Shown: in pieces, positions 1 to 23,481 of the stretch
Numbering within the stretch: position 1 is the stretch's first letter
Layout: the number at the start of each line of letters is the position of its first letter
Translations under genes and position numbers: made by a program
Assembly: GCA_051362555.1 (NCBI GenBank)
Contig: CM120643.1
Span: forward strand, 9,300,001-9,364,000
Length of the DNA: 64,000 nucleotides
From: Lingula anatina
Lineage: Eukaryota > Animalia > Brachiopoda
Direction: 5' to 3'
Notes under the pieces: generated by a model
Databases searched by the model: none
What the model saw: only the letters and a program-made list of their open reading frames with translations
What the model was told of the DNA's origin: nothing

Positions 1-235
1 GGTCAAAAGTTGTAAGTCTAGGTTCATTAATGATGATTTTGTGATTTGCTTTGCAAGATGTTTATGATCATAACAGATGCTAACTTTATATTGTATAAAC
101 CACATAACACTCAGATTTGTAGTTACTCATTGTTAGTCCAAGTTTTTTTCCTTTTTAGCAACTGTTAGAGAAGCATTATGGGTCACACAACTTTTCATGT
201 GCTGGGATTGTATAGAGATGATTCTCACATTTCAG

Positions 236-12394
<12,159 letters not shown>

Positions 12395-12630
12395 TGTGAC
12401 GTGTCTATGGGCTCTGATTTGACAGGGATAACATGCAGGTTGCTTTTCTTCAATTTCATCACCCGCAATTTCATAACCAGCGTATGTGTGATCAGTGACC
12501 TAGATCTCTCTGAAGGTCATTGTTTCAATACGCCCTTGCTGGATAATAATAGGGTGTAATTATGTGGTAAATCACGGTGGAAGCAACAACTGAAAACCTG
12601 TAGCCCTTCAAAGGCTTGCCATAGCTGGTA

Positions 12631-12710
12631 CTCACTGGGACAAGTGGGAAAGGACCGCTCACCGGGACAAGTGGGAAAGGACCACTCACCGGGACAAGTG
12701 GGAAAGGACC
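12631..12710 (+). repeat. 3 x 27-bp tandem repeat in MBTPS1 3'UTR
   Basis: ctcac(t/c)gggacaagtgggaaaggacc(g/a) repeated three times. Confidence 0.9.
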
Positions 12711-13558
12711 CTGTCCACGCTATCTCACAGGACCATGTGAAAGGCACTAACTCCTGATATCTCATTGTAGTCACCAGCATTTTCATCACATCAGTTTTAC
12801 ACGTGAAAGGACCTATCTTAAATGTAAAATTGTCCTGTAATGTTTTTCATGTGATCTGTTTTAGCATATTGCCAGCCATTGGTGTGGGTGACAAGTTTTT
12901 TTGTTTGTTTGTTTTTTCGTTTTTTCAGGCAGTGTCTGACTGGGAGGGTTTGTGTACTGCATGTATGATAGGCTTTTAAAGTTTCACCGTAGAGGTCGTG
13001 TGTACAGGTTACATGTGGATTTGTTTTTGAAATTTTATCGTTGGATGTGATGCGTTAGGTAAGAAATATTTTGCGTTGTGGTGTGTTTTTGTTGTGTATT
13101 TTTATGTTTTTCTCATGTAGTTTGTGAAGTTTGGTTCAGATTCAAAAGGTGGCAATGATAACTAAAACCAGGCAATATCAAGTACTTGATACCAAATCCA
13201 GTTTGATTAAGAGTTTTGTTTTGTAGTGTTCAGCTATTGAATTTTGTCAATGTGTTCAGCTTTCAAGTTGGTGTTAAGTCATGATCTGCAAGATTTTTAT
13301 AAATATGTCTCTGCTTGGAAAATGCAGTGTATTCATATCATCATTTCATACATGTCTATCATAATTCTGCTTTTTTTGTTCATTGTTCATCTCCCCATTT
13401 GTTATCAGAACCACGAGTTTCATATTTACTTTTAAATGATTCATATGTAATCATAAAGATGAGACCAAATGTTCAGACAGGCAATTTTGTCTATTGTAGA
13501 TATTTATTATCAGAAGGGTAAATATTTGGGGTATTTCAAGCTGCATCTGTCAAGATTT

Positions 13559-13623
<65 letters not shown>

Positions 13624-14869
13624 TTCTTTTTTTTTTTCGTCTGTTTAATGTCAGCACAGGTCTAGAAATTGAAAGTAAGGGAGAATTTATGCTTAGAACT
13701 TCGTGTTTTGAAATTCTTTGTCATGCATCAGACAGTGCAACTTGTTTTAATTCCTGAGTGTGCCGCTGTGAACAGAACACACATAAGTTTTAAGGTAGAG
13801 AAATTCTTTTCACGTCTGTTGTTTCATTTTCAAAACATGCACTGGGTTGTCAATGTACATATATGGCCCTATGGGAGTCCTGTTGTTTTAAGCAAATTTT
13901 GTCAGTTTACTGGTTATATGTGTGCAAGTTATGTACATATGTTATATGGGCCATTCCTCTGAAAAAGTCTGTAATTTCACATTTTTTCATCTCTTTGTAT
14001 CCCACAGGGTGTAATATGAATCAAAGAAAGTGAGCTTCATCTCAATCCTGTTAATTAAAAACTAAATTGGAAGAAAGGGAGGCAAGGTTTTATTGTTTTT
14101 AAAGAGCATTTAATTTACTAAATTGTTATTTGGGAGGGGGTGAAATAGGATGGCCCATGTTGGCTGAAAATCACTAATAGGCCATTGTGAAAGGTTGAAA
14201 ACTTGATATTTAGGGCTGTGCAGCCAGCCATGCATAAGGGGTAGCAGTTATTTAGTAAACTATTTTATCCACAGTTTTATTTTCAGTTCCCTCTTCTACT
14301 AAGTATGGGCATTAAGACATAATATGATATAGCACAAGTGTGAATTTGTGAATAGAAAAAAATGTTTAAGGCATTATTTGTATAGTTAACGTTGAAGAAA
14401 TTATACACAATATTGTGCAATATGAAGGTCTGTTCACATCAGGTTCAACTTAAAGCCCAAAGTCAGGCAATTTCAGAGGAGGATTTATAAGCTGGACAGA
14501 AGTAGTGACGGTTTCAGAGATGGGTGTGTTCTTATGCTGAAGGTTCAACAATTGCAGTGAATTTTATTTCAACTTTTTGCCTTGTTTAATAAGAATCGTT
14601 TATACCAGACTGAGTATTTAAGTCTGTTAAAGTGAAACCTAAACATGCTTAAATTGTATTATATGACTTGTTGTAATGTTGCAACATATTGCAAATTTAA
14701 GTAAAACTGGACATGAACATGCCTAGTGTATTATATGTTATCTGCTGAGGATTCATACAACATTCGTGAACTGGATATTGTTATCATACGTTGTTAAAGC
14801 CAAAGTGTATTTTTATCAGAATCCAGAACAGTCTGTACTACAAATACAATGAGATGTACATTTCAGAGA

Positions 14870-14902
14870 AATAAAGACATTTCTTTTATTTAACTTTTTA
14901 TT
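14870..14902. terminator. Candidate convergent polyadenylation signals of MBTPS1 (+) and MED10 (-)
   Basis: AATAAA on + at 14870-14875 followed by T-rich sequence; AATAAA on - at 14885-14890 and 14897-14902. Use in vivo is not demonstrated. Confidence 0.5.
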
Positions 14903-15503
14903 AATCTTTTGATATATTCATTATCAAAAAGGAAGATTCAAATTGTAGAAACAGAAAAACATTTCAAGCTGTTAAATAAAATTCATTGCAGTTATTTTAA
15001 CGCCATATTTGAACCACAGAATGGTTAGTCCACTGTTCTGAATGTGATCTTTCACATTTGTCTATATTTTTCTGAGGTGGTCACTTCCCAGGTGTACAAA
15101 ACCACTTTTCTGCTGTACAAAACCTACAAACATGACAAAGGCATCTCTTGGAATTGCACCATATTTTTCCCCATAGCATAAGGCATTATACCAAAAAGAA
15201 GTTTGTACAATTTTGCATCTGGACTCCCTTTGAGCATTTACTCTCCAATCTCTCGATTTACTCTCTAACCCCAGGTGCTCATCTTCTCCATAGCAGGTGC
15301 GGATCCAGAGATATTTTCTGAGAGTCTTCCAAATTATCACTGTTGATCCATCCTTCATTTCTGACTGTCTTCTGACAGAAAAATTAGATACCCGTAAACT
15401 TGAATAAAAATTTAACCCTCTTCCAGAAGACCAAGAAGACTGCCTCAATCCGCTCCTGCATAGCTTGCACAGACAGGTCAATGAGTTCTCAGATTTCTTC
15501 TCA

Positions 15504-16906
15504 TCAGGAAGGCCTCTCATCTCGCATTGCTCTGTATTTATTCATTTCATTGGGAAACACTTTGTAAAGTTCCAACATCAACAGACCTTTGAATTTCTGA
15601 AATAAGAAATAGGAAGGATGAACAAGGTACATTTACCCTTCATTGAAAATAATGTGAAAATTACAAATCATGGATAAAAGCACTCTTCATCTAAAGTTTA
15701 ACACTCTGTAATTGAAAATAATTAGTTTGGTTATCATCTGAAAAAAAATTTTAATACACAAATTTTCTTTTTTTTTTGACTGTATTTTCTTTGTGTGTGT
15801 GTGTGTGTGTGTTTTTTTCTCTTATTTACATATCACAAATCCTTTGACTTAACATCAAGGTACACCAAGTAAGTGAATCATACAAATGTATTCATATTCA
15901 CCTTGTAGGCATCAATCTTTCCCTTGACGGCCTCATTCCTCATCAAAGCCTTCTCCATACAGTCCTTAGTGTACAGCTGGGGGTTCTTCCCTTGATCTAT
16001 GTAGCTACAATTATACAGTACAAATCACATGATAACGATTGTTCACATTTTAAATCAGAGCCTTAAAACCTATTACATAAAGAACCACGTCTAGATTATT
16101 TTTTTAATAAATGGGCATTACTAGTATCTATTTTCATTTATTTATTTATCTTATTATCCAAAATTGAACATTGCAAAATGAGTAATTTTATATAATAGAA
16201 GTGTAGATAAATGAGATTTTTTTTGAAAAAAAAAAGAAACTTTGGGGCTTTTTTTCTTTTTCCTTTAAAGAACTTGTAACGTTACTCACTCAAACACTTC
16301 AAGTGGTACTTGGACATCTTGGACTTGATTCTTGAGTTTGTCTATTTCCTGCATTCCGGTCACCATCGTGTGTCTACACGGAATAGAATAAAAATATAAA
16401 TTAGAGAAGGTAACAGCTTTCAAATGTGACTTGTAGAATTTTCATGATCACCGTAACATAATGGTATTAAGGGGACCAATTTCACTTTGCACTGAGGCTT
16501 CAGACACAGAAGTGAGTTTTAAGTTTTTTTTAAAAACAGTCCTTATAATTTCAGGAAATGCATTAAAACAGAGCTTTGAGTGAAGTGCATAATGTCAGAG
16601 ACAACGATTTGATGTAAGCAAGTTAACCACCTCAGTCTAAATATACTAAACTGTGAAAAAAGAAACAGAAACCGAGGCCGTACATAAAACGCAGTGGGAC
16701 CAACGCAGTGACCGACATGCTTATAGTTTGCCTGTTAGTATTCTCCAATCCTTTTAGCCTATATCAAATGTTACTTGTACTTACAGTTTCTGGTTGAGGA
16801 CATTTTGTCCCTGGGGTTGAAAATCACTAACAGTAATACCTAATTGTCGTGTGTTTTCAATAAAATGTTCTAGCTGTTGTTCTAGCGCTTCGAACCGGTC
16901 GGACAT
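15504..16906 (-). CDS. MED10: Mediator of RNA polymerase II transcription subunit 10, complete, 4 exons, 133 aa
   Basis: Exons 16906-16785, 16373-16290, 16004-15902 and 15596-15504 (402 nt) translate to MSDRFEALEQQLEHFIENTRQLGITVSDFQPQGQNVLNQKLHTMVTGMQEIDKLKNQVQDVQVPLEVFDYIDQGKNPQLYTKDCMEKALMRNEAVKGKIDAYKKFKGLLMLELYKVFPNEMNKYRAMRDERPS*. The VPLEVFDYIDQGKNPQLYT segment is the Med10 signature. The ORF track misses this gene because the exons are short. Confidence 0.97.
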
Positions 16907-17298
16907 TTTGACCCACGTGACTGTTTCCGCCACGCCGCACGCCACCTAGCGGCATTTTAAGACTTCAGAGGACTCTTTAGAGAGAGGGAACGAAACGAAA
17001 GGAACAGAAAAAATCGACAAAAAATTAAACTTAAAAACGCACGGTTATGTATAATTCTAGATATTTTCATTCGAATTCCAACTCTTTGATATTCCAAAAG
17101 ATTAATCCAGCAATAATTCCATATCTACCAGTGGCGGATTTAGAGATCTTTATAGAGGGATCTTCGATTTCGGAAAATCCTATGCCCCCCGCTTGAAATT
17201 GGGATTTTGAATAGCTGAATCATAGTTGTAAACCACCAAATGACACCGTTCGCCCTCTAAAACACCAAATTTTTTCGAGGCCCTCTAGCGGCCCCCTG

Positions 17299-19262
17299 CG
17301 GTGGCCCACAAGTGCACTCCAAATTCCAAACGACACTCCCAATTCTAAACCTCACTCCGAATTCGTAAACCTCACTCCGAATTCAAAAAGCTCACTCCGA
17401 ATTCGCAAACCTCACTCCGAATTCGTAAACCTCACTCCGAATTCAAAAAGCTCACTCCGAATTCGTAAACCTCACTCCGAATTCGCAAACCTCACTCCGA
17501 ATTCGTAAACCTCACTCCGAATTCAAAAAGCTCACTCCCAATTCCACTATGCCCATTCTCATCAAAGTTCTCTTCGAGAAATCTTATGAAACAGTAATTC
17601 GTCTGGGACAAATAATTTTTTTTAGCTGGGCGCTTCCAGTGAAAGGTTCGAGAGAGTTTTAGCAAACAGTGCGAATTGTGTTACATTTTGGTTTGCGTGA
17701 TACATACCTTACGAAAATAAACCAACAGTTTACGTCACAAGGTCAATTGACTTCTCCAGCTATTTTCAGTATTTTTCACAATTACACACACACACACATA
17801 CACACACTCTCTCTCGCCAGGGACACAAATTGGGGGCAAGAAGCAATTTACAGGTTTACCATTATAAATAAAAGGACAAATTAAGTGACACTGCTCCCAA
17901 TTTTCTCAACATAGGATTGATACTACTAATAATCCATACATGTCAGGGGTGGATCCAGGATTATTTGAAGGGGGATCTGTTTTTTTTTTTTTTTTTTTTT
18001 TTTGTTTTTTTTTTTTTTTTTGGAATGACAGGCTGCACATGCAGAGCTGCCCCCCCCCCCCCCCCTTATAGGGCGAACAGTGCTATTTGGTACGTTTTAG
18101 AACTATTATTCAAAATTCTAATTTTAACATTGGTGTGATTTTTTTTTTACAGAATTCAAAAGGGGGGTCAAGACCCCCCTCACACGCCTCCCCCCCCCCC
18201 CCCCCATCCACCACTGCATGTTATTCATTCGAAATCGATTAATAAAGTGTAATTAATCTGATTAATTTCAATTATTAGATTATCTATGATCTTAGATGAA
18301 TATTTCAGCTGCAAAAGAGTGAGGGGCTACTAATTACTATTATCAAGTATACTCGGTTATATAACAGGTAGGCCTACATGTGTAGGCCTACAGTATATGA
18401 TAATACGGATTGTTTTGCCCATTTATAAATAATATAAGCCAATGTCGACACCCTGAAACATGTTATCTGTATTAAAGATTCATTTCAAAATAATCATGTG
18501 AAAATGCTTGAAGTTGTAAATAATAAATAACGCACGTTTATTTACATACATGTACATGTAGTGCATAAATCTGTTCCTTCCAACGCTGTTTCAACTCGTA
18601 ATTCTGTTCTCATATTCATAATACATGTATAATTCCTTAAAACGACACACACAAGAAAACACGTAAACATAATATATTTTAATTGTGACTTGCTGTTAAG
18701 TACATGTATGTTTATCCCTATTTTCTTCATTTCTTCTATTTCCTTGAGCTTAAAAGGGTCATACGTCTACGTCATCATTTTGTGAATGGGAATACAGCGC
18801 ACCATGTAGTATGAAAAATAACTAGTTTTCACACGAAGCCCTCTATTGGCAAAATCCCCTAGCCCATCTTAGAATATTACTTCCGACTTTATACGGCAGT
18901 GAACGGGGTTAAATATGAATTCGGAGTGAGGTTTACGAATTCGGAGTGAGCTTTTTTAATTCGGAGTGAGGTTTACGAATTCGGAGTGAGGTTTACGAAT
19001 TCGGAGTGAGCTTTTTCAATTCGGAGTGAGGTTTACGAATTCGGAGTGAGGTTTGCGAATTCGGAGTGGGGTTTACGAATTCGGAGTGAGGTTTAAGAAT
19101 TGAGAGTGAAGTTTAAATATTCGGAGTGAGGTTTAAGAATTGAGAGTGAAGTTTAAATATTCGGAGTGAGGTTTAAGAATTGAGAGTGAAGTTTAAATAT
19201 TCGGAGTGAGGTTTAGAATTGGGAGTGTCGTTTGGAATTTGGAGTGCACTTGTGGGCCACTG
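17299..19262. mobile_element. Foldback-type element with long inverted arms made of 20-bp tandem repeats; Tc1/mariner-like termini
   Basis: The left arm 17299-17545 (gtggcccacaagtgcactccaaattccaaacgacactccc + [aattcgtaaacctcactccg]n) is the reverse complement of the right arm 18917-19262. The right end reads CCACTG|TA. Confidence 0.85.
17944..18216. mobile_element. CAGGGG...CCACTG MITE, 5-bp TSD CATGT
   Basis: TIRs CAGGGGTGGAT / ATCCACCACTG with CATGT on both sides. The internal sequence is shared with 52042, 55737 and 62892. Confidence 0.8.
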
Positions 19263-20381
19263 TAGCCCCCGTACCCCACGCCAAGGGGGGGGGGGGTCTG
19301 CTTCGCGGACCCCCTTCAAATAGCCTAATCCTTTAGTAGGCCTATATATACTGCTCCCTTTACTGTATATCAACCTTATAGATCGCATTCACAACGAGTT
19401 GAGCCAGGCTTTACAAATCTTGGGGACTAAATATGGCGGACGTTCATGAAAGAAAAACCGCATAATCTTTTAATAGTCTCTACGCCTCTCACACGCTTCC
19501 CCACACGTCGTCCCTGCGGGGGGACAGTCATTAAATCTCTGCTCCATTGGGCGACACATTTTCAAGGCGTTCGGAAGATAGCCGGAAATTGTCGAGGAGT
19601 TCCGAATGCTACTATTCTCCAAATAAATATTTTCAGCACACGAACAAAACGTAGTGCCTCGATATGAAACCAGACAACTTTTGTGTTTTTAATCTCCAAA
19701 TACGAAAAATAATCAATTAAGCTAATAAATAAGCTAACGTTAAGAACATATTATATCGTTTGTTTTATATTAATTATTATTTAAGATCATAATAATAAAC
19801 AAGTTGCATTTCGATGTACTCCACGCTATGACCTTTATATAAAAATAGCAATTTTTACGAGATTAAAAATTGTATCGCATTGTTTGGTTCCATTGCCTCG
19901 CTTTCAAAAATTAAAACAGGCGCTCCAATATCGTAAAACGAAGTTAAAAATTTTATATTGGCCGAGTTCCCCCACTGTTAAGAATATCCTCGCAGCATTA
20001 ACTGCAGTTAATTAACCTTCCTACGATTTTCAATGTATTTTGCAATATAATTTACAATCCTCCAGATGAAGAATTTTATTAATCAAGAGTGGGGGAGGGG
20101 TGGAAAATCCCCTTGGGGCCACATATAACACTATAAATGCGAAGGGAATCCCCCTTACAATGGCGGCAATTATGAATGTTAATCAGGAAAGTTCGATGGA
20201 TTTGCTTTTTAAAACATACAATCAACAGAATATTTCTAATATAATTTCTTAAAACAACACCAGAAAGCAAATGAAATCAAATCAACCAGACGGTAAACAC
20301 CGACAGGCTTTGTCAATTTCACCATTTGTTTATTTCAAACAGCGTACTGTTCGCGCATGTGCAGTAGTTTGAGACCTGTGC

Positions 20382-20842
20382 TAATATTTTCCGGTTTCGG
20401 TATCGGTCACGTGATGCAAGCCTAGCTTCTTGGAAAATTGGGTGCGTCGTATTTTCACTTTGAGCAGAGGGGAGCGAGGTACGTTAAGAATGAGAAAAAT
20501 AAGACATATTTTGCTATGTTGTCAACTTTATTTGCCCAAATTATTCGCTCATCAAAATTGTCGTTTTCCCCTGGATAATATGTTTTATGGCACGTTGCCC
20601 GCCAAAATGATCGAAGAGCTGGTATCGCTTTAACATTTTTTTATTTCGGTTTCTCCTAATATTTCCGGTTTCAGTATCGGTCACTTGATGCAAGCTAAGC
20701 TTCTCGGGAAATATTGGGTGTGTATTTTCACTTTGAGCTTGGCGGTGACAGAGGGGAGATTGCAAGGTACATGTACTGTACAGTAGGTACGTTAAGAATG
20801 ATAAAAATAAGACAACTTTTGCTATGTTGTCAACTTTATTTG
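20382..20842 (+). repeat. Local direct duplication (~150-185 bp x2)
   Basis: 20382-20534 and 20657-20842 share aatattt.ccggtttc.gtatcggtcac.tgatgcaagc...ggtacgttaagaatga...tttgctatgttgtcaactttatttg. Confidence 0.8.
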
Positions 20843-21466
20843 TGACGGATGATAAAAATTACTGTCTGAGATGTGAAAATAGCCAGAGAAAAAAGTTTGA
20901 ACTAGACCTATACATAAAAAAAGAAACATAACTTTCTTGGCGGAGGTATATTAATTTAGGAAGCAATATCTTAATTGCTATAATGAAAAAAAAAATATAT
21001 ATATATATATATATATTTATAATTTCATCCATCTTATATAAAATTATTTGCCAACCACAGGGATTAATCTCCTACTGGTAAATGGCAAAATGCTTTGTAC
21101 ATCAGTTCGTGATAAAAATCTAAAATAACACCTGAAATCAAGGAGAAATTACAGTGGATTGATGAAATCCAATAAAAAATGGATAAATCAAACAGTTTAA
21201 AAACCTGAATTTTATCTGATAATTTAAGAGAAGAATGATGTACAATGCTTTTTGAGCAGGTGTATAAAATTCTATGCAGGATAACCATGTAAAGTACAAG
21301 TATATAACTGCATATACTACTGGTAGTACTGGTACTATGTTGTTTCAATGTTAAAACAACATAATTTGCCTGCTGGGAAGATACTATGATCAGAATTCAA
21401 ATTCTCCCAACCTACACATTACTTAAATTATGTAAAAGCTATTGATTAATTGATTTCCAAACAAAC

Positions 21467-22077
21467 TAGACTCGCCCTTCAAGAAATCGATGCCTTCAAG
21501 AAATCGACGAAAACTGGAAGTGCATGTTTTTTGCACTGATTTTCCTGACATGCCCATCGTAAACACTGTTGTCAAGTAAAATGAAGCGTCTGATACAAAG
21601 TATCCAACTTGGCATTCACGTGCTTGCTTGCGATGCGTTCAGTACACTTTGTTTACACTGACAAGTCGAGGTCAGGAATGCACAATGTTTTTCTATGTAA
21701 TTACACAGTTTCAATTTTGATTAGTGAATTTTCTTTTATCTGCATGGTCATTTTCCGAACATTTGTATAAGCCACGAAATATTTCTCATCGGAAAATCAC
21801 CCAGCAGCTTTCCAAGTAGAAGTGAGTGACGTCATGACGTACTTCCGGTTTTCATCGAGATCTTGAAGGGATTAGCGTTACGGTTTGCTGCACATTTAAA
21901 GTGTTCTGTCTCAAAATGTACTCAACTGCTTGGATTGAAATTTACAGAACTTATTCTTCACATGATATCACACATATGTGCTTAATTTGAGAGCTTTAGC
22001 TGTTATATGTTTTCTACAGTGCCCATTCAAAATTGAAAAAGAGCTATTTTCCGTCGATTTCTTGAAGGGCAAGTCTA
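21467..22077. mobile_element. Non-autonomous DNA transposon, ~610 bp, TAG...CTA termini
   Basis: TAGACTCGCCCTTCAAGAAATCGA ... TCGATTTCTTGAAGGGCAAGTCTA. The left TIR carries a small internal duplication. Confidence 0.75.
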
Positions 22078-23272
22078 TGTTGTTTACAAGGACCCGTTAG
22101 AAGCGAGGGGAGAGGGGACTGCAGCCAATAATTTGTGTATATCTTCCCCTGGCTTTCGCTATACCCTTGCTCGCACAGTACGTGGGTTTATAAATATATG
22201 TATATATATATATATGTGGACGTCGTATCTTAAGGAACCCAAATATAGAGGACAGTGGTAAAAAATCGGATCTAGCGGTATTTAAATCTAAAAAGGTTTT
22301 TTTTTTTCAGTTTTTCCTTTTATCTATCGGTAACGGGAGTATAGGGACGAGTTATATTTTGGGACTAAATTTTATCCGTACGTCCCCTACATAAACACTG
22401 TCTCAAATAGAGAGGTAAACATCTATATATGCACAATTAACATTTGGAAAGCAGGTAGGCCCTGGCAGACTTATGATCTATAGGAGAGGAAAATAGTGTG
22501 TGCCGAGTGTCAGCAGTACTAAAGTTATCATTGTACCACCAGCGTTAGCGCTGGCGGTACACATGGTTTCGGTCCCATCCGGATCGTTCTGCCTGCTCCG
22601 CCGGACGGCTACCTTTACTGCTTCTCCTCCTAGACGGTAAGGGCCCCCCTACCCATCTCTTGGATTTAGGTCACCTATAATCTCAGCTCGTTCCACGTAA
22701 AATTTGGGCTTTGCCTGTATTGGGGTCTGGGTGTGGCACTCATTGCAATGCACCCTTGTCCAAAAATGGCAAAATTAAATGCTAATTATCTACCCTACGG
22801 AAGGGGTTATGGGAAAAATTTCTACAGACGGCTTACCAAAAGTCATATGTGTAGATTTCAAATATGCCCTTGGATTTGACCTTTGACCTTTACTTCAAGG
22901 TCAAACGGGCCAAAATTTTCAAAAAAATAAATTTTTTTATGAAAAATTTTTTTTTCCCTGTTATTCAGACACCACACAGACTTAACCAATAATATTATTG
23001 GAAAGTGTTACCCTTCAGGTCATCTTTCATCTCCTTGAATTTGGGGTCAATCGGTGCATTTTCACTGGAGTAGCGGCCATAAGATGCCGAAACTGAAAAC
23101 TGTCTCTAATTTGGGAACCGTTAATGCTAGAGACCCATTCTTTTTTGCATTTTGTAGAGCATGTAAAGCCCAACACTGGAAGTGGTCTCTGTTTTTTTGT
23201 ATTCCAAACGGTTTTCGAGTTACGCTATCAAAAATACATATTGGTGGTGAAAGCAAAATGTGCAGTACGGTA

Positions 23273-23481
23273 TAGTCAGGTGGCTAAGTCCAAATTTTAT
23301 CCAGAATTGTGCAATAGATGATAAAAGCATGAAACTTTCCACGATGAATGACCATTGGGTTTTCGTCTATTTTGGATCAGGGGGTTGACAAACACCCAAT
23401 GGTCATTCATCGTGGAAAATTTCATGCTTTTATCATCTTTTGCACAATTCTGGATAAAATTTGGATTTAGCCGCCTGACTA
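23273..23481. mobile_element. ~209-bp almost fully palindromic MITE
   Basis: TAGTCAGGTGGCTAAGTCCAAATTTTATCCAGAATTGTGCAA... pairs over ~95 bp with ...TTGCACAATTCTGGATAAAATTTGGATTTAGCCGCCTGACTA. Confidence 0.8.

Larger units (their letters stand above)
17129..19331. mobile_element. CAGTGGCGG...CCGCCCCTG family MITE interrupted by a foldback element
   Basis: 17129-17298 and 19263-~19331 are colinear with the intact copy at 62892-63148. The 3' terminus is degraded. Confidence 0.7.

Noticed and set aside
15062-15520. 152-aa minus-strand ORF
   Set aside because: It overlaps the MED10 stop in another frame, lies in the MED10 3'UTR, and has no recognisable motif.
17341-17545. Regular 20-bp repeats resembling a CRISPR array (also 18917-19215)
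   Set aside because: Units are head-to-tail with no unique spacers, form the inverted arms of a transposon, have no cas genes nearby, and lie in eukaryotic DNA.
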